64,000 nucleotides of DNA from a virus. The stretch spans positions 70,530 through 134,529 of the IMG/VR virus record IMGVR_UViG_3300008952_000012; one strand, given 5' to 3'. Every line of letters starts with the position of its first letter. Position 1 is the stretch's first letter. The notes beneath the pieces are model-generated. The model was given only the letters and a program-made list of their open reading frames with translations, had not been told where the DNA came from and searched no databases. Below are positions 28,601 to 37,813 of the stretch, piece by piece. The position numbers and the translations under genes are program-made.

Positions 28601-31600
28601 GAGGTCTGGACAGCTATTCAGACCGGATCGATTCTCCCCGCCCCAAAACCCTCCTTTGCGTACGAAAAATTCCTTGCTTACATGCAGGCCCTAGGCCTCA
28701 ACGTAGAGAAGGAGGGTAACGGTTTAATTGTTAGCCCCCTTACGGATAAGCAGATCCGATCTGCCTCGAACGGAGAGATAAAGGACGGGAGTAAAGTAAT
28801 CCGTGGAAAGGATTTAAAGCCTGAAAAGGACGGATTGTTTGACGAGACCATCACTGGCGGACCCGGGGGTAAGCACTGGTCTCACATCGCACTAGGGATG
28901 ACCATCCCAAACCCGATGTTCGAAAAGTCAATTCGATCCCTTCTCGGAATAACCGGCAAAGAGTACGACAGCGTCGTAGCTGGCACGCACGGGTTTAATG
29001 AGAACCGTGAAATCGTTCCCGCTGGCGAGGGGGTAGCCTCCGGCCCAGAAGGCTTAGCCAAGGCTCTCGGGGGCGTGAACGTAGACAAGGATCTCGCAAG
29101 TGCGAAAACGGATATCAAAACAGCGAGAAGAAACAACCTCGATAAGCTCAACAAGAAAATTAAATATCTGTTGATGCTGAAGAAGAACGACCTGTCCCCA
29201 GAGGAGGCGTTCACTACATCCGCTGTGCCGGTCTTACCACCAGTATTCAGGCCAATTACAGCCATGGAGGGCGGTGACCTGAATATTGACGGCACAAACA
29301 TGCTTTATCGGGACATCGCAATACTTAACCAGAAGGTGAAGGAATCAGCCGGAGTTCTTCCGGACGAGGCCATTGCGGCTCTCCGTGGCGACTTGTACGA
29401 CGCAGTTGATGCGCTGATGGGAGTATCATCACCGTCCGAGTCGGCCACCACAATGGACGGGCAGACGCGACCTCCCGGCATTCTTACCATTCTTTCCGGA
29501 AGGCAGTCTCCCAAGCAGAGCTTCTTCCACAAGAGGATTCTGGACAGGAAACAAGACATCACCATGCGTTCGGTGATTGTCCCAAATATGGATCTTCATC
29601 TTGACGAGATTGGCTTACCCAAGAAGGGGGCCATGAAGATTTATAGACCGTTCGTGGTCAAAGAGCTTGTCCGAATGGGGTACACGCCACTTAAGGCCCG
29701 TGAGGAGATCGAGAAGAAATCACCTCTGGCCGACAGAGCATTAGAGGTTGCTGTCACTAAGAGGCCAGTGTTCTTTAAGCGCGACCCGGTGCTTCACAAG
29801 TTTGGGATAATGGCATTCAAGCCACGGCTTCATAACGAATCCTCTATCCACATTCACCCGCTTGTTACCGGCGGTTTCAACGCTGACTTTGACGGTGACA
29901 CTATGGCGGTGTTTCTTCCGGTTTCCCAGGAGTCTATTGACGAGGCTTACAAACTCCTCCCATCAAAGAACCTGTTTAATCCGGCCACCGGGAAAGTTAT
30001 GTATCAGCCCACGCTTGAGGGTCAGCTAGGGCTGTACCTACTCACGCAAATGGGTAAAAAAACGAACAAAGCTTTTGGGAGTGACAAGGAAGCAATAGAG
30101 GCGGCTAAGTCAGGAAAAACCTCGATGACCGATGTTGTTTCGGTCGGGGGAGTAAAGACAACTGCAGGGAGATTACTGTTTAATAACTCACTTCCTAAGA
30201 AGGTTAGATCAAACGATATCCTCTCAAACCCCGACATGGTCATGGGCAAGAAAAATCTGCAGAGCGTTCTCCGGGACGTTGCAACCAAAACCCCGGCTGA
30301 GTTCCAGGTGGCTGCGGACAAGATTAAGGACCTGGGGTTTGGTCATGCCTACAACATCGGGTTCTCTTTTGCTTTGGGGGACTTTGACGCCCTTAGAGAC
30401 ATGCGCACCAAGGCGATGAAGGCAGCAAAAGTTAAAGAAGCCGTAATCCGCAAGCAAGAGCGCATGAAGATGATCTCCTCGGAGGCGGCTGATAAGAAGG
30501 TCGTAGACCTGTACACGGCAGTGACCCAAGACATGTCCTCAGAGGCAAAGAAGGTCTTGGACAAGAAGGACAACAAGCTGAGGCTCATGGAAAAAGCTGG
30601 CGTTAAACCGGCGTGGGCCCAATTGCAGCAGATGCTAATCGGACCAATGCTGCTCGAAAACGCCAAAGGGAGGGTCATACCGGTACCGGTGGATCGGTCC
30701 TATTCAGAGGGCTTACGGTCTTCAGACTACTGGGTTGCGTCTTCCGGGGCGCGAAAAGGGCTTATCGAAAAAGTACAGTCCGTGCAAAAGCCCGGAGCGC
30801 TTAACAAGCAGTTGGCCAATACGATGATGTCCTATGTCATAACCGAAAATGACTGTGGAACGACAAAGGGCATCGCTTTAGATGCGGCAGACTCTGATCT
30901 TGTTGATCGGTTCACAGCCAAGCCCTTAAGCGCGAAGGGGCTCAAGATTTCAGCGAACACGGCGCTTACACCAGCGCTGGTCTCTAAGATCAAGAGCGCG
31001 AAGGTGTCTAAGATAGTCGTTAAGTCGCCGCTGAAATGTGAATCCAAGAAAGGTCTTTGCTCAAAGTGTTACGGAATACAGAGCAACGGACTTCCGATCT
31101 CAAAGGGGACAAACATTGGGATTATCGCTGGCACCGCTCTGGGGGAGCGCGGGACGCAGCTTTCAATGAAAACGTTCCACACCGGAGGGGTAGCAGGATC
31201 TTCCGGCGGGGTGGTCGGCGGAATCGACAGGATCAGCCAGTTGCTGAAGATGCCAGCTACGCTACCCAACGCTGCTGTTTTGTCACCGGTGTCGGCTACG
31301 GTGTCCAGTATCAAAGAGAGCCCCGTTGGCGGTTACGACCTAACAATCGGGAGCGAGGACATTTACGTCCCAGCCGGTAGAACCTTGAGTATATCCAAGG
31401 GGTCAAAGGTCAAAAAGGGGCAGAAGATCTCTAGCGGAATTATCGACCCTAGAGATCTGCTTGAGAAAACGAACGTAGACACAGTCCAGGCGTACATCGC
31501 GGACGAAATAAATAAGGTGTACAAAACAGAGGGGATAAAGCGGCGAAACATAGAGGTGGTAACTAAGGCGATCACCAACCTTGGGAGAGTCGTTAATCCT

Positions 31601-31894
31601 GGTGGATCAGACTTTATTCGCAATGATTATATATCTACGTCTTACGCGAATGCGTTAAACAGGTCTGGGAAGCTGAAAGAACCCATCGTTGTTGCGCCGA
31701 CGCTTCGGGGCATAGAAACTCTTCCCCTTGACCAAACAACGGACTGGGTAGCGAGGCTTCAGTATAGAAAATTAAAAGAAACCTTTATACGAGCAGCAAA
31801 CGAGGGCTGGGAATCTGATATCCATGGGGTTCATCCAACGCCCGGAATAGCTTATTCTGCTGAATTCGGGAAAGGCGAGGAGGGCCCCTACTAA
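25625..31894 (+). CDS. rpoBC: Single-chain fused beta-beta' multisubunit-type RNA polymerase (2089 aa)
   Basis: beta: GDKLTGRHGNKG, LNPSGVPGRINLGQ, YTLKLMHQVDKK, QRFGE; beta': KPEKDGLF, VLPPVFRP, KRDPVLH, NADFDGD (nt 29879-29899), GARKG, CSKCYG, GTQLSMKTFHTGG. Confidence 0.95.
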   Translation: MSNILDPQRVMQALEDGTVEQISSFFPLEGKKHALVANKIYSGGEVDLDDIASQKNARLRGRTWAQGLYGDFTLVNKETGKPVDSVKRLKIASLPKITRRYSYIVDGTEYQVDNQWRLKSGVYTRRKANGELESQFNLAEGRGFRMGFDPAKRRFLVTYGSSNVQLLPVLQALGVSDEKIRSVWGDTLYSRSMADKKRGEVVKLAKVLSRGATPANDSEAAEIVKASYGETKLLPDTTKITLGTSFSAVTGDALLATSSKLLGVNKGEQEVDNRDSLRFKELWSINDHIPERIQNSQRRIKYKLGNNIDRKDSVRSIITSDIFNIPIKTFFTSTSLSQQTSQVNPVDMMGGFLRTTIMGQGGIMSENAVSEDAKLIDSSYLGFIDPVHTPEGKRSGISGHLALGVEKHGTTPKIQVYDVAAKKFASKSPGELVGKAVAFPDQYSFSGKAPKALEDMITVVKKDGGDPEKVLPSEVDFIVKTPKQLFSITSNLVPFLPSDQANRAGMATRHLEQAISLKDREEPLVQVTSGNPSEKYGTWEKIVGSFTSHTSRVSGTVETVGKNKVVIKAANGEKHVVPLYENFPLNDKKAFISSTPTVAKGDKVKVGQSVADTNFTKNGTLAMGTNLRVGYLPYKGLVFEDGIVISEGASKKLTSEHLHKNRAYVEKSMAVGLKKFRANFPGYVTEENATKLDEDGVIKKGQKVDPGDVLMTVLQKTEPSKEQILLKGIHKSLIRPYKNKSVTWDKPYTGVVTDVVRNGREIVAYVKTEESADVGDKLTGRHGNKGVITAVIPDEEMPKDAEGNPIQLILNPSGVPGRINLGQVLETSLGKVAKKRGEPYAVENFQANDGKKIVTVREHKRKIKTTGGDTKEITVKEHKRELGYQERVKQILSEEGVSETTELFDPETGKSLGEVLVGQHYTLKLMHQVDKKLRSRAHGYGHDYDANLVPKGGGTSGAAQRFGELGLYAMLAHGATSNIREALTYKSDKAQDEVWTAIQTGSILPAPKPSFAYEKFLAYMQALGLNVEKEGNGLIVSPLTDKQIRSASNGEIKDGSKVIRGKDLKPEKDGLFDETITGGPGGKHWSHIALGMTIPNPMFEKSIRSLLGITGKEYDSVVAGTHGFNENREIVPAGEGVASGPEGLAKALGGVNVDKDLASAKTDIKTARRNNLDKLNKKIKYLLMLKKNDLSPEEAFTTSAVPVLPPVFRPITAMEGGDLNIDGTNMLYRDIAILNQKVKESAGVLPDEAIAALRGDLYDAVDALMGVSSPSESATTMDGQTRPPGILTILSGRQSPKQSFFHKRILDRKQDITMRSVIVPNMDLHLDEIGLPKKGAMKIYRPFVVKELVRMGYTPLKAREEIEKKSPLADRALEVAVTKRPVFFKRDPVLHKFGIMAFKPRLHNESSIHIHPLVTGGFNADFDGDTMAVFLPVSQESIDEAYKLLPSKNLFNPATGKVMYQPTLEGQLGLYLLTQMGKKTNKAFGSDKEAIEAAKSGKTSMTDVVSVGGVKTTAGRLLFNNSLPKKVRSNDILSNPDMVMGKKNLQSVLRDVATKTPAEFQVAADKIKDLGFGHAYNIGFSFALGDFDALRDMRTKAMKAAKVKEAVIRKQERMKMISSEAADKKVVDLYTAVTQDMSSEAKKVLDKKDNKLRLMEKAGVKPAWAQLQQMLIGPMLLENAKGRVIPVPVDRSYSEGLRSSDYWVASSGARKGLIEKVQSVQKPGALNKQLANTMMSYVITENDCGTTKGIALDAADSDLVDRFTAKPLSAKGLKISANTALTPALVSKIKSAKVSKIVVKSPLKCESKKGLCSKCYGIQSNGLPISKGTNIGIIAGTALGERGTQLSMKTFHTGGVAGSSGGVVGGIDRISQLLKMPATLPNAAVLSPVSATVSSIKESPVGGYDLTIGSEDIYVPAGRTLSISKGSKVKKGQKISSGIIDPRDLLEKTNVDTVQAYIADEINKVYKTEGIKRRNIEVVTKAITNLGRVVNPGGSDFIRNDYISTSYANALNRSGKLKEPIVVAPTLRGIETLPLDQTTDWVARLQYRKLKETFIRAANEGWESDIHGVHPTPGIAYSAEFGKGEEGPY

Positions 31895-33351
31895 TGGGTG
31901 ACGAACAATTCGAAGATACCTTTGCAAAGACCCCCGACCAATCTGACGGGCCCGCCAGCATACAACTGGCGCAGATAACTAGTGTGAACGTAAAAGAGTA
32001 CACGGTGGACGTAATGACCACCTACACTCATAAGCCTCTCGTTGATATTCCGTTTTCCTCGCCTCTCTGCCACAGAGACCATCGCGGCGGGATGTACTTT
32101 ATGCCAGAGGCGGAGGCGTACTGCTACGTATGCGAATGCCAGGACGGCACGGCCTTTGTACTGGGGTTCATAACGAACCCGGTAAACGTTACTCCGCAGG
32201 AGTTCGATGAGTTGGAAGGCGGCAAGGGGCTAGAGCTTATTGCCGAGGCTGCCGACATTGGACCAAGTTTCAAAGGGGCCCGCGCCCCAATGGAGCCGGG
32301 GGACATTTTCCTGGGTACCATTGATGGCAACAGTGTGGTCGTTAGGCGCGGTGGGATGGTTCAGATTGGGTCTACCTCTTTAGCCCAAAGGATTTATCTC
32401 CCCGTGGAGAACGTGATCAGGGATTATTTTCAGCGCTATCAGGCATATAGCCCAGTGGGGGAGATTGAGTGGGGGCACGCCATTCTCGTTGAAGGGGAGA
32501 AACCAACTCAGCAGGGCGGTTATCTTGCTAAAGAGTATTTGGACGATAATATCCCACCAGAAGTGCTTGAGGTGGCCGAAGAGACCCCCGTCCTGGTTAA
32601 GTACAACATCAAGGATTTGTGCCAAGAGGATGTAACAAAGGGGAAGTACACGGTTGAACTGAGGGTCGGAAGACTAACGGAAGATCAGCTTGACCCAGAG
32701 GAAGACCCAGAACACGTATTCGGGCAGGGTGACCACAAGGCTTCTGATGACGCCCGTGTAAAGAAACCAGTCAAGGCGGCAGACGGTGATAAGGGAATCT
32801 TGGATGAAAAAGACAAAACCAAGGGTGTCCTAAGCTTCACAATCTATCAGCACGATAAAGATACTGATGATAAAAAACGTGTCAGGTACGTCTTCCAACT
32901 AAGCCGTGATGGGGATAATCTCATCTTTACGCGTGGGAATATACACGTAGAAGTATCCCAAACGGTATATGCCAATATACGAGAAGGGGCAAAAATCGTA
33001 TATGGTGATAAAGGTGGAAGCGGAGATTCGAAAGAAAACAAGCAGTCGGTAATTGAGTTATTACAGGATAATGACTTTAAGGCGTTCATTAAGAACATGG
33101 TTATAGAGTGCATGGAGGGTTACCACCTAATTTCCCCAAAGGAAGTTTATATAGAGGGGGAGGACGTAGTGCAGCTAGGAAAGAAAAATCAGGGGGGGAC
33201 CGATCAGCAGGTCGTTTTGCTTGATGATTTAGCTACTTGGCTCACTACAAGCTTTTCCTGCATGACGGCTTGGGGCCCCAGTGGCCCTGTCATCACTGCG
33301 CCGACGCAAGCAGACATCGCTTCTAAAAGCGTTAAGGCCAAAAAGGGGTAA
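31894..33351 (+). CDS. Baseplate spike/hub protein (gpV/gp5-like N-terminal OB fold)
   Basis: LAQITSVNVKEYTVDV, G.YFMPE....YV, EPGD; beta-rich C-terminal half. Confidence 0.55.
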   Translation: MGDEQFEDTFAKTPDQSDGPASIQLAQITSVNVKEYTVDVMTTYTHKPLVDIPFSSPLCHRDHRGGMYFMPEAEAYCYVCECQDGTAFVLGFITNPVNVTPQEFDELEGGKGLELIAEAADIGPSFKGARAPMEPGDIFLGTIDGNSVVVRRGGMVQIGSTSLAQRIYLPVENVIRDYFQRYQAYSPVGEIEWGHAILVEGEKPTQQGGYLAKEYLDDNIPPEVLEVAEETPVLVKYNIKDLCQEDVTKGKYTVELRVGRLTEDQLDPEEDPEHVFGQGDHKASDDARVKKPVKAADGDKGILDEKDKTKGVLSFTIYQHDKDTDDKKRVRYVFQLSRDGDNLIFTRGNIHVEVSQTVYANIREGAKIVYGDKGGSGDSKENKQSVIELLQDNDFKAFIKNMVIECMEGYHLISPKEVYIEGEDVVQLGKKNQGGTDQQVVLLDDLATWLTTSFSCMTAWGPSGPVITAPTQADIASKSVKAKKG

Positions 33352-33353
33352 CC

Positions 33354-33836
33354 ATGCCATTAGCAAGCGCCGGTACATTGATGAAATCAGCCGTTAACGA
33401 TAACGTAGTTGGTAAGCTTAAAGATGGCGATGAGGCCAATCCGAGTTACCATGCCGGTGATGAGTGGGCTACTGTTGCGGAGGCGTTCTTTAAGAACGGG
33501 ATAAGCCCATCTTGGACTACGCACGATGCCGGTAAGGCCGCATTCTCTTCAACAATGGGCCCAGAGCTTCCGGCAGATCCGTCTTCTATGGCCATTTTCG
33601 GTGCCGCGTTTGTTGCTTATGCAGCCACTTGCGTAGCGAGCACTGCTCCGGGGGCCGGGTTTTCTGCCCCACCAGTTCCCCCTCCAGCGCCGCCGGTTTG
33701 GACAATGAGTCTGGACGCATCTGATTCTGCTGACACTATGGTAGACCAGTTGCTAACAGACTTGGTTACGTGGGCTCTCACTGGGATGCAAACACTGATA
33801 CCACCAGCCGTGGGAACATCGCCCCCATGGTCATAA
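33354..33836 (+). CDS. Small Ala/Pro-rich virion protein following the spike gene
   Basis: Position and composition only. Confidence 0.45.
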   Translation: MPLASAGTLMKSAVNDNVVGKLKDGDEANPSYHAGDEWATVAEAFFKNGISPSWTTHDAGKAAFSSTMGPELPADPSSMAIFGAAFVAYAATCVASTAPGAGFSAPPVPPPAPPVWTMSLDASDSADTMVDQLLTDLVTWALTGMQTLIPPAVGTSPPWS

Positions 33837-33941
33837 AGGCAAAGGAGTAGTCAGTGACTTCAACAACTGATAAATACGCTGTATTATTAAAACGGACTAA
33901 GAACCAAGCGACACAGGATTCTAAGTCGTAGGAGTTAAATC

Positions 33942-35924
33942 ATGGAACTAATTAGAAAACTGCAAGGCCCTGTGTTTGAGAAGACCGCCGGTAAGTTCTT
34001 GCTTGGTGATAACCCGAACACGTACGCGAGCGAGCTTATCGCCCACCTGTATAAGCAGCACCCATATCTGGGGCAGTATCAGGTAAACATTTCGATCCAA
34101 GGGCAGGACCAGAGCATGGGATTCCTATACGGAGTCTTCTTGGTCAGCCAGTCCTCAGACGTGCCCCCTCCAGATGGGCAGCAGCAGATGGGGCAGGTCA
34201 TCAGTCAGGGGCAGCCACAGGCGGACCCGAAGGAAAGTATCCGGGTTCCTATCATTGTGGAGAACAAGAGAGCGTACTCCTACGACGTTTTCATTACTCC
34301 AGACGGTAGATTCTTGCCGCTTAGTGAAGAGAGGATTGCTTCGGCAATGTTTGATTCTTCACCGTATTCAGCCGCCCCTCCACTTAAAGGCACGGCTGGC
34401 GGCCTAAGTTCCCCGTCCTCCCAAAACGTGAATCCGGACATACCAACTGGGGCAATGGGAGGCCCTGGTGGTGGAGTGTCCATGGACAAAGTGTCCTCCC
34501 TGGACTTCATTAGGATTTCAAGCGATAGCGTAAACGGGTTCCTTAACCGTATCGCGACCGACCAGACCCTGGTTGACGCCGCGTCCATTAACGAAAGTTT
34601 CGCTGGCGCTCTTTCTAAGCTCGCATCTGTTGGGCAAAGACCTGAGGATGCGGATGATGAGGTGTCAATTGATGACTTTGACGCAGCCGTAATCACCAAG
34701 GTGTCCGGCGGGTACAAGGTAAAAACCGCTGTCGCGGAAGGTAATCTTGGAAGCGAGTTCTTCATAGAGAACAAGCACGCAGAAACTATCCCAGTTGATT
34801 TGCGACAAGCCGTTGTTAAGCACGGATCAGTTTTATTAACCAGTAATACTGAGGAACTTTTGGGGGTTCTGCCGACATACGGGCTTGAGGCTGCTGAGTC
34901 CTCTGGTGTGTATTCGGTAATAAACAAGCACGGAAGCGCTCAGAGGGCCGCAGTTATTACCGATGTAATATCTATCGAAGGTAAGCCTCTGGACTTGAGC
35001 TTGGTTGTCGGAGAGTCTGGGGCGTCAGTTCAAGAGAAGGTCGCTGGCATCCAGTGTGGAGAGTTGGACTTTGAAGCCCTTGCCGGTGGAGAACCTTTTG
35101 GCGACGGTGTGTTTGTCTTCAAAACTGCGGGGGCTGTCTCTGAGCCTTTGGACATTAAGCACGCAGTCTTTAGCGGCGACAAGAACCCAGAGTACATTTG
35201 CGAGCACCCGCTGCGAGGCCGAGTTACCATTAAAACTGCTAATATTAAAAAGCCACTCCAGGAGACAGACACCTCTTTTCTGATCCCAAGCGACACCATC
35301 TTCGTGCCGCTTCAGTTTGGCGGTCGTTACGGCTCAGACGAGTACACCGTAGAGAAGATCGCCAGCAGAAAAGATGCCATCAACAAGGTCAAACTTGTGT
35401 CTGATGGATCAGAGTTTTCCTTCTCTGGTAAGCCTGTCGAGCACTTGGAGAAAAACGCTAATATGACAGCGGAAGAAGCGTTGCTTCGTATCGGGCTCTT
35501 GGGTGGAACGCCTGAGGGGGCGTTGATGAAGTTAGCAACCGCTGCTGGAGGCGAGGAGGTTACGTTTGTTCCAAGCCGAAGAATTATTAACGATCTTCCT
35601 GGCAGCGATGCTGATGAGGAGATTACTAGACTGGCGGAGGTTATTCGATTAGACCTCACGAAAGAGGCTGCTGCCCTCTCAGGGGCAGACACAGTGGATT
35701 CAGTATTATCGCTTAATTTTATTACCCCAGAGAATGTTCAGGGGTACATTGATGCACTACCAACTTTTGAGGAGTCTGCGTCGAAGCTTGCTGAGTTGCT
35801 CGTTGGGGTACGGCTCGGCTTATCTGATGTTCCTGAAGCGGCGGTATCCTCCGCTCTTCGAGGATTAGAGCGTGCGGTCCAAGGACTTAAGAAGCTCCAA
35901 ATCAGGTCAAATGCGACGATGTAA
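33942..35924 (+). CDS. Putative head/internal protein with many K-x-A motifs
   Basis: EKTAG, SKLAS, EKIAS, EKNAN, MKLAT, TKEAA; AGGAG RBS. Confidence 0.55.
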   Translation: MELIRKLQGPVFEKTAGKFLLGDNPNTYASELIAHLYKQHPYLGQYQVNISIQGQDQSMGFLYGVFLVSQSSDVPPPDGQQQMGQVISQGQPQADPKESIRVPIIVENKRAYSYDVFITPDGRFLPLSEERIASAMFDSSPYSAAPPLKGTAGGLSSPSSQNVNPDIPTGAMGGPGGGVSMDKVSSLDFIRISSDSVNGFLNRIATDQTLVDAASINESFAGALSKLASVGQRPEDADDEVSIDDFDAAVITKVSGGYKVKTAVAEGNLGSEFFIENKHAETIPVDLRQAVVKHGSVLLTSNTEELLGVLPTYGLEAAESSGVYSVINKHGSAQRAAVITDVISIEGKPLDLSLVVGESGASVQEKVAGIQCGELDFEALAGGEPFGDGVFVFKTAGAVSEPLDIKHAVFSGDKNPEYICEHPLRGRVTIKTANIKKPLQETDTSFLIPSDTIFVPLQFGGRYGSDEYTVEKIASRKDAINKVKLVSDGSEFSFSGKPVEHLEKNANMTAEEALLRIGLLGGTPEGALMKLATAAGGEEVTFVPSRRIINDLPGSDADEEITRLAEVIRLDLTKEAAALSGADTVDSVLSLNFITPENVQGYIDALPTFEESASKLAELLVGVRLGLSDVPEAAVSSALRGLERAVQGLKKLQIRSNATM

Positions 35925-35929
35925 TAGCT

Positions 35930-36760
35930 ATGAAGCAACCGAACGAATATTGGCTAAAATATATGCTAATGTTCTCGGGCCTGACCCTGGAGCAGATTGT
36001 CGAAATGGCAGTCATGTACGAGATGGTGCCGCCAGAAATAAACTACCTGACAGCACTTAGAGACAAGCTCCTAGAGACGCGCCCGACACCATTCCGCATG
36101 ACCTCACCAGCCACCCGTGCGTGGGTGCGTAGGCAGAGGTTTATGTCGCTTGCCAAAGAAGAAAAGTACGCCGTAAAGGCAAGGGGTCTTCTTGGAGACA
36201 CACGGGTTCGCCCAGTCATAGAGGCCTTAATTTTATCAGACATGCCTCATGACGAGGTGTCTTCATACACTAAGAATATCACGGGCACACATGTTTCCAA
36301 ACGTGCACTAGAAATGTACCAGCACTACTTCTGGAATCGCGATTTACTATCGACCAGACAATGGTTCGCCTACCTGGAAACGCACCCGAAAAAAAGGGTT
36401 CTAAAGGCTTGTCACGCACAGGGACCAAAGTACGCTTTATGGAAGTCCGGGTTCCGCCCGGAGTTGGCGCAGCAGGAGGTTTTGAAGGGACTGTTCGACG
36501 AGTCGGCTATGCGGTTTTTCGAAACAACGGTTATGCCCAACAGTAAAGATACGGCCATGACCGCTAAGCTCTGGGCCGAGAACATATTCAGGGCTACGGA
36601 AGAGTTGAACAGGACGGGTGACGCTGTACAGCAGGTTGTAGACGGGCTTAGAGATATTGCAATCAAGCTCGGCAAGAGAGACATTTCCAGCATTCACGAG
36701 TTAGAGAGTCCGTCTCAAAACGACGACGACGAGGAGGAGGGCACTGATGTTCGGGAATGA
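35930..36760 (+). CDS. Hypothetical helical protein (terminase small subunit or transcription-factor candidate)
   Basis: Helical composition, HTH-like segments, acidic tail; function not established. Confidence 0.5.
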   Translation: MKQPNEYWLKYMLMFSGLTLEQIVEMAVMYEMVPPEINYLTALRDKLLETRPTPFRMTSPATRAWVRRQRFMSLAKEEKYAVKARGLLGDTRVRPVIEALILSDMPHDEVSSYTKNITGTHVSKRALEMYQHYFWNRDLLSTRQWFAYLETHPKKRVLKACHAQGPKYALWKSGFRPELAQQEVLKGLFDESAMRFFETTVMPNSKDTAMTAKLWAENIFRATEELNRTGDAVQQVVDGLRDIAIKLGKRDISSIHELESPSQNDDDEEEGTDVRE

Positions 36761-37070
36761 TTTCACCATACAGGCAATAATATTCAAACCGGCAAAAACC
36801 AACATCCCAGGGGTTCGATCCGAGTACTACTTAACCGATAATGGAATCAAGTTTCACCTGTGGGCGGAGCCTGAGTTCCCAGAAGATTTTGGGAAGTTGA
36901 TTCTGAAGGCGTGGGCTAAGTTTCCGAAAGAAGCCATCATTGTAGAGTACGTTCCGGAGGTTAAAAGCTGGTACGCGGAGATTAAGGAAGTCGGTATCGG
37001 TTTAAGTGAAATGTTAATAGAGAGCCTGCTTAAAAAGATAGCGGCGGAGGTAGAAAAAGAGCATGGCTAA
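36747..37070 (+). CDS. Hypothetical protein
   Basis: Tiling; GGAGG upstream. Confidence 0.55.
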   Translation: MFGNDFTIQAIIFKPAKTNIPGVRSEYYLTDNGIKFHLWAEPEFPEDFGKLILKAWAKFPKEAIIVEYVPEVKSWYAEIKEVGIGLSEMLIESLLKKIAAEVEKEHG

Positions 37071-37800
37071 AAAACCAAAGAAGCAGAACCCTACCTACTT
37101 CAAAGCTCTTGCGGCTTCCGCCCCCGTATTCGGCGCTAAGGCCATCCTCGGTGATCTGCCCAAGGGTGCCCTGGAAAAAGCGATACAGTTGAAGATAACG
37201 AAGGGAACCAAGTTACCGGCGGGCCTCAAAGAAGGCTTTAAGGGTAGAGGTCTTGGGAGAGCTTTGGGTGCTGGGACTGGCGTCCTAACGGCACCTATTT
37301 ATCTTCGCGGCCTGCAGCTTCTCGGATCTAATAAGGCCTCAGACAAGAAGAAGGGGATGGGGCTCATAGCCGGAACCACCGGCGTGTACCAGCTTCAGAA
37401 GGGCCTCAATGAGGGGCTATTCGAGCATGCGCAAAAGGGGATGTTTAAGCGTGATGCAGCGTGGCGAGGGTTGGGTTTAGGGCTTGGGAGATTATCCTAT
37501 AAAGTTCCGGCTGCACTCATCATGGCTAATGCCATAGCCAAGGGCCAAAAGAAGGGCAAAAAGAAGAAGAACCTTGCAAGTATCGCAGCCATTGGTGCTG
37601 CGTCTGGGGCGGGTAGCCGAGTCGGGGATGTAATCAGCGACAAGGTGTGGATGCGAGCAACTCAAGGTAACAAAATTAATCTTAACAAAGCGCTGGGCAG
37701 AAAGCTTCTTGGCGCTGGTGCTGGCGGCGCTGCGGGTGGGCTCCTTGGTGGACTGATTCTGTCTAAGGCAATCTCCATGGCCAAGGACTCACTTAAATAA
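37063..37800 (+). CDS. Basic Gly/Ala-rich protein with membrane-like helices
   Basis: GxxxG-rich segments such as LLGAGAGGAAGGLLGGLIL. Confidence 0.55.
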   Translation: MAKKPKKQNPTYFKALAASAPVFGAKAILGDLPKGALEKAIQLKITKGTKLPAGLKEGFKGRGLGRALGAGTGVLTAPIYLRGLQLLGSNKASDKKKGMGLIAGTTGVYQLQKGLNEGLFEHAQKGMFKRDAAWRGLGLGLGRLSYKVPAALIMANAIAKGQKKGKKKKNLASIAAIGAASGAGSRVGDVISDKVWMRATQGNKINLNKALGRKLLGAGAGGAAGGLLGGLILSKAISMAKDSLK

Positions 37801-37813
37801 TAGGACGGACAAA

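Noticed and set aside
25625-31894. Cellular rpoBC, implying a bacterial chromosome or contaminant
   Set aside because: No rplL/rpsL context; gene is coupled to phage genes, and is much shorter and more divergent than cellular rpoB plus rpoC
33863-33871. GATAAATA as a T4-like late promoter
   Set aside because: One mismatch from TATAAATA and not repeated in the other plus-strand intergenic regions I inspected
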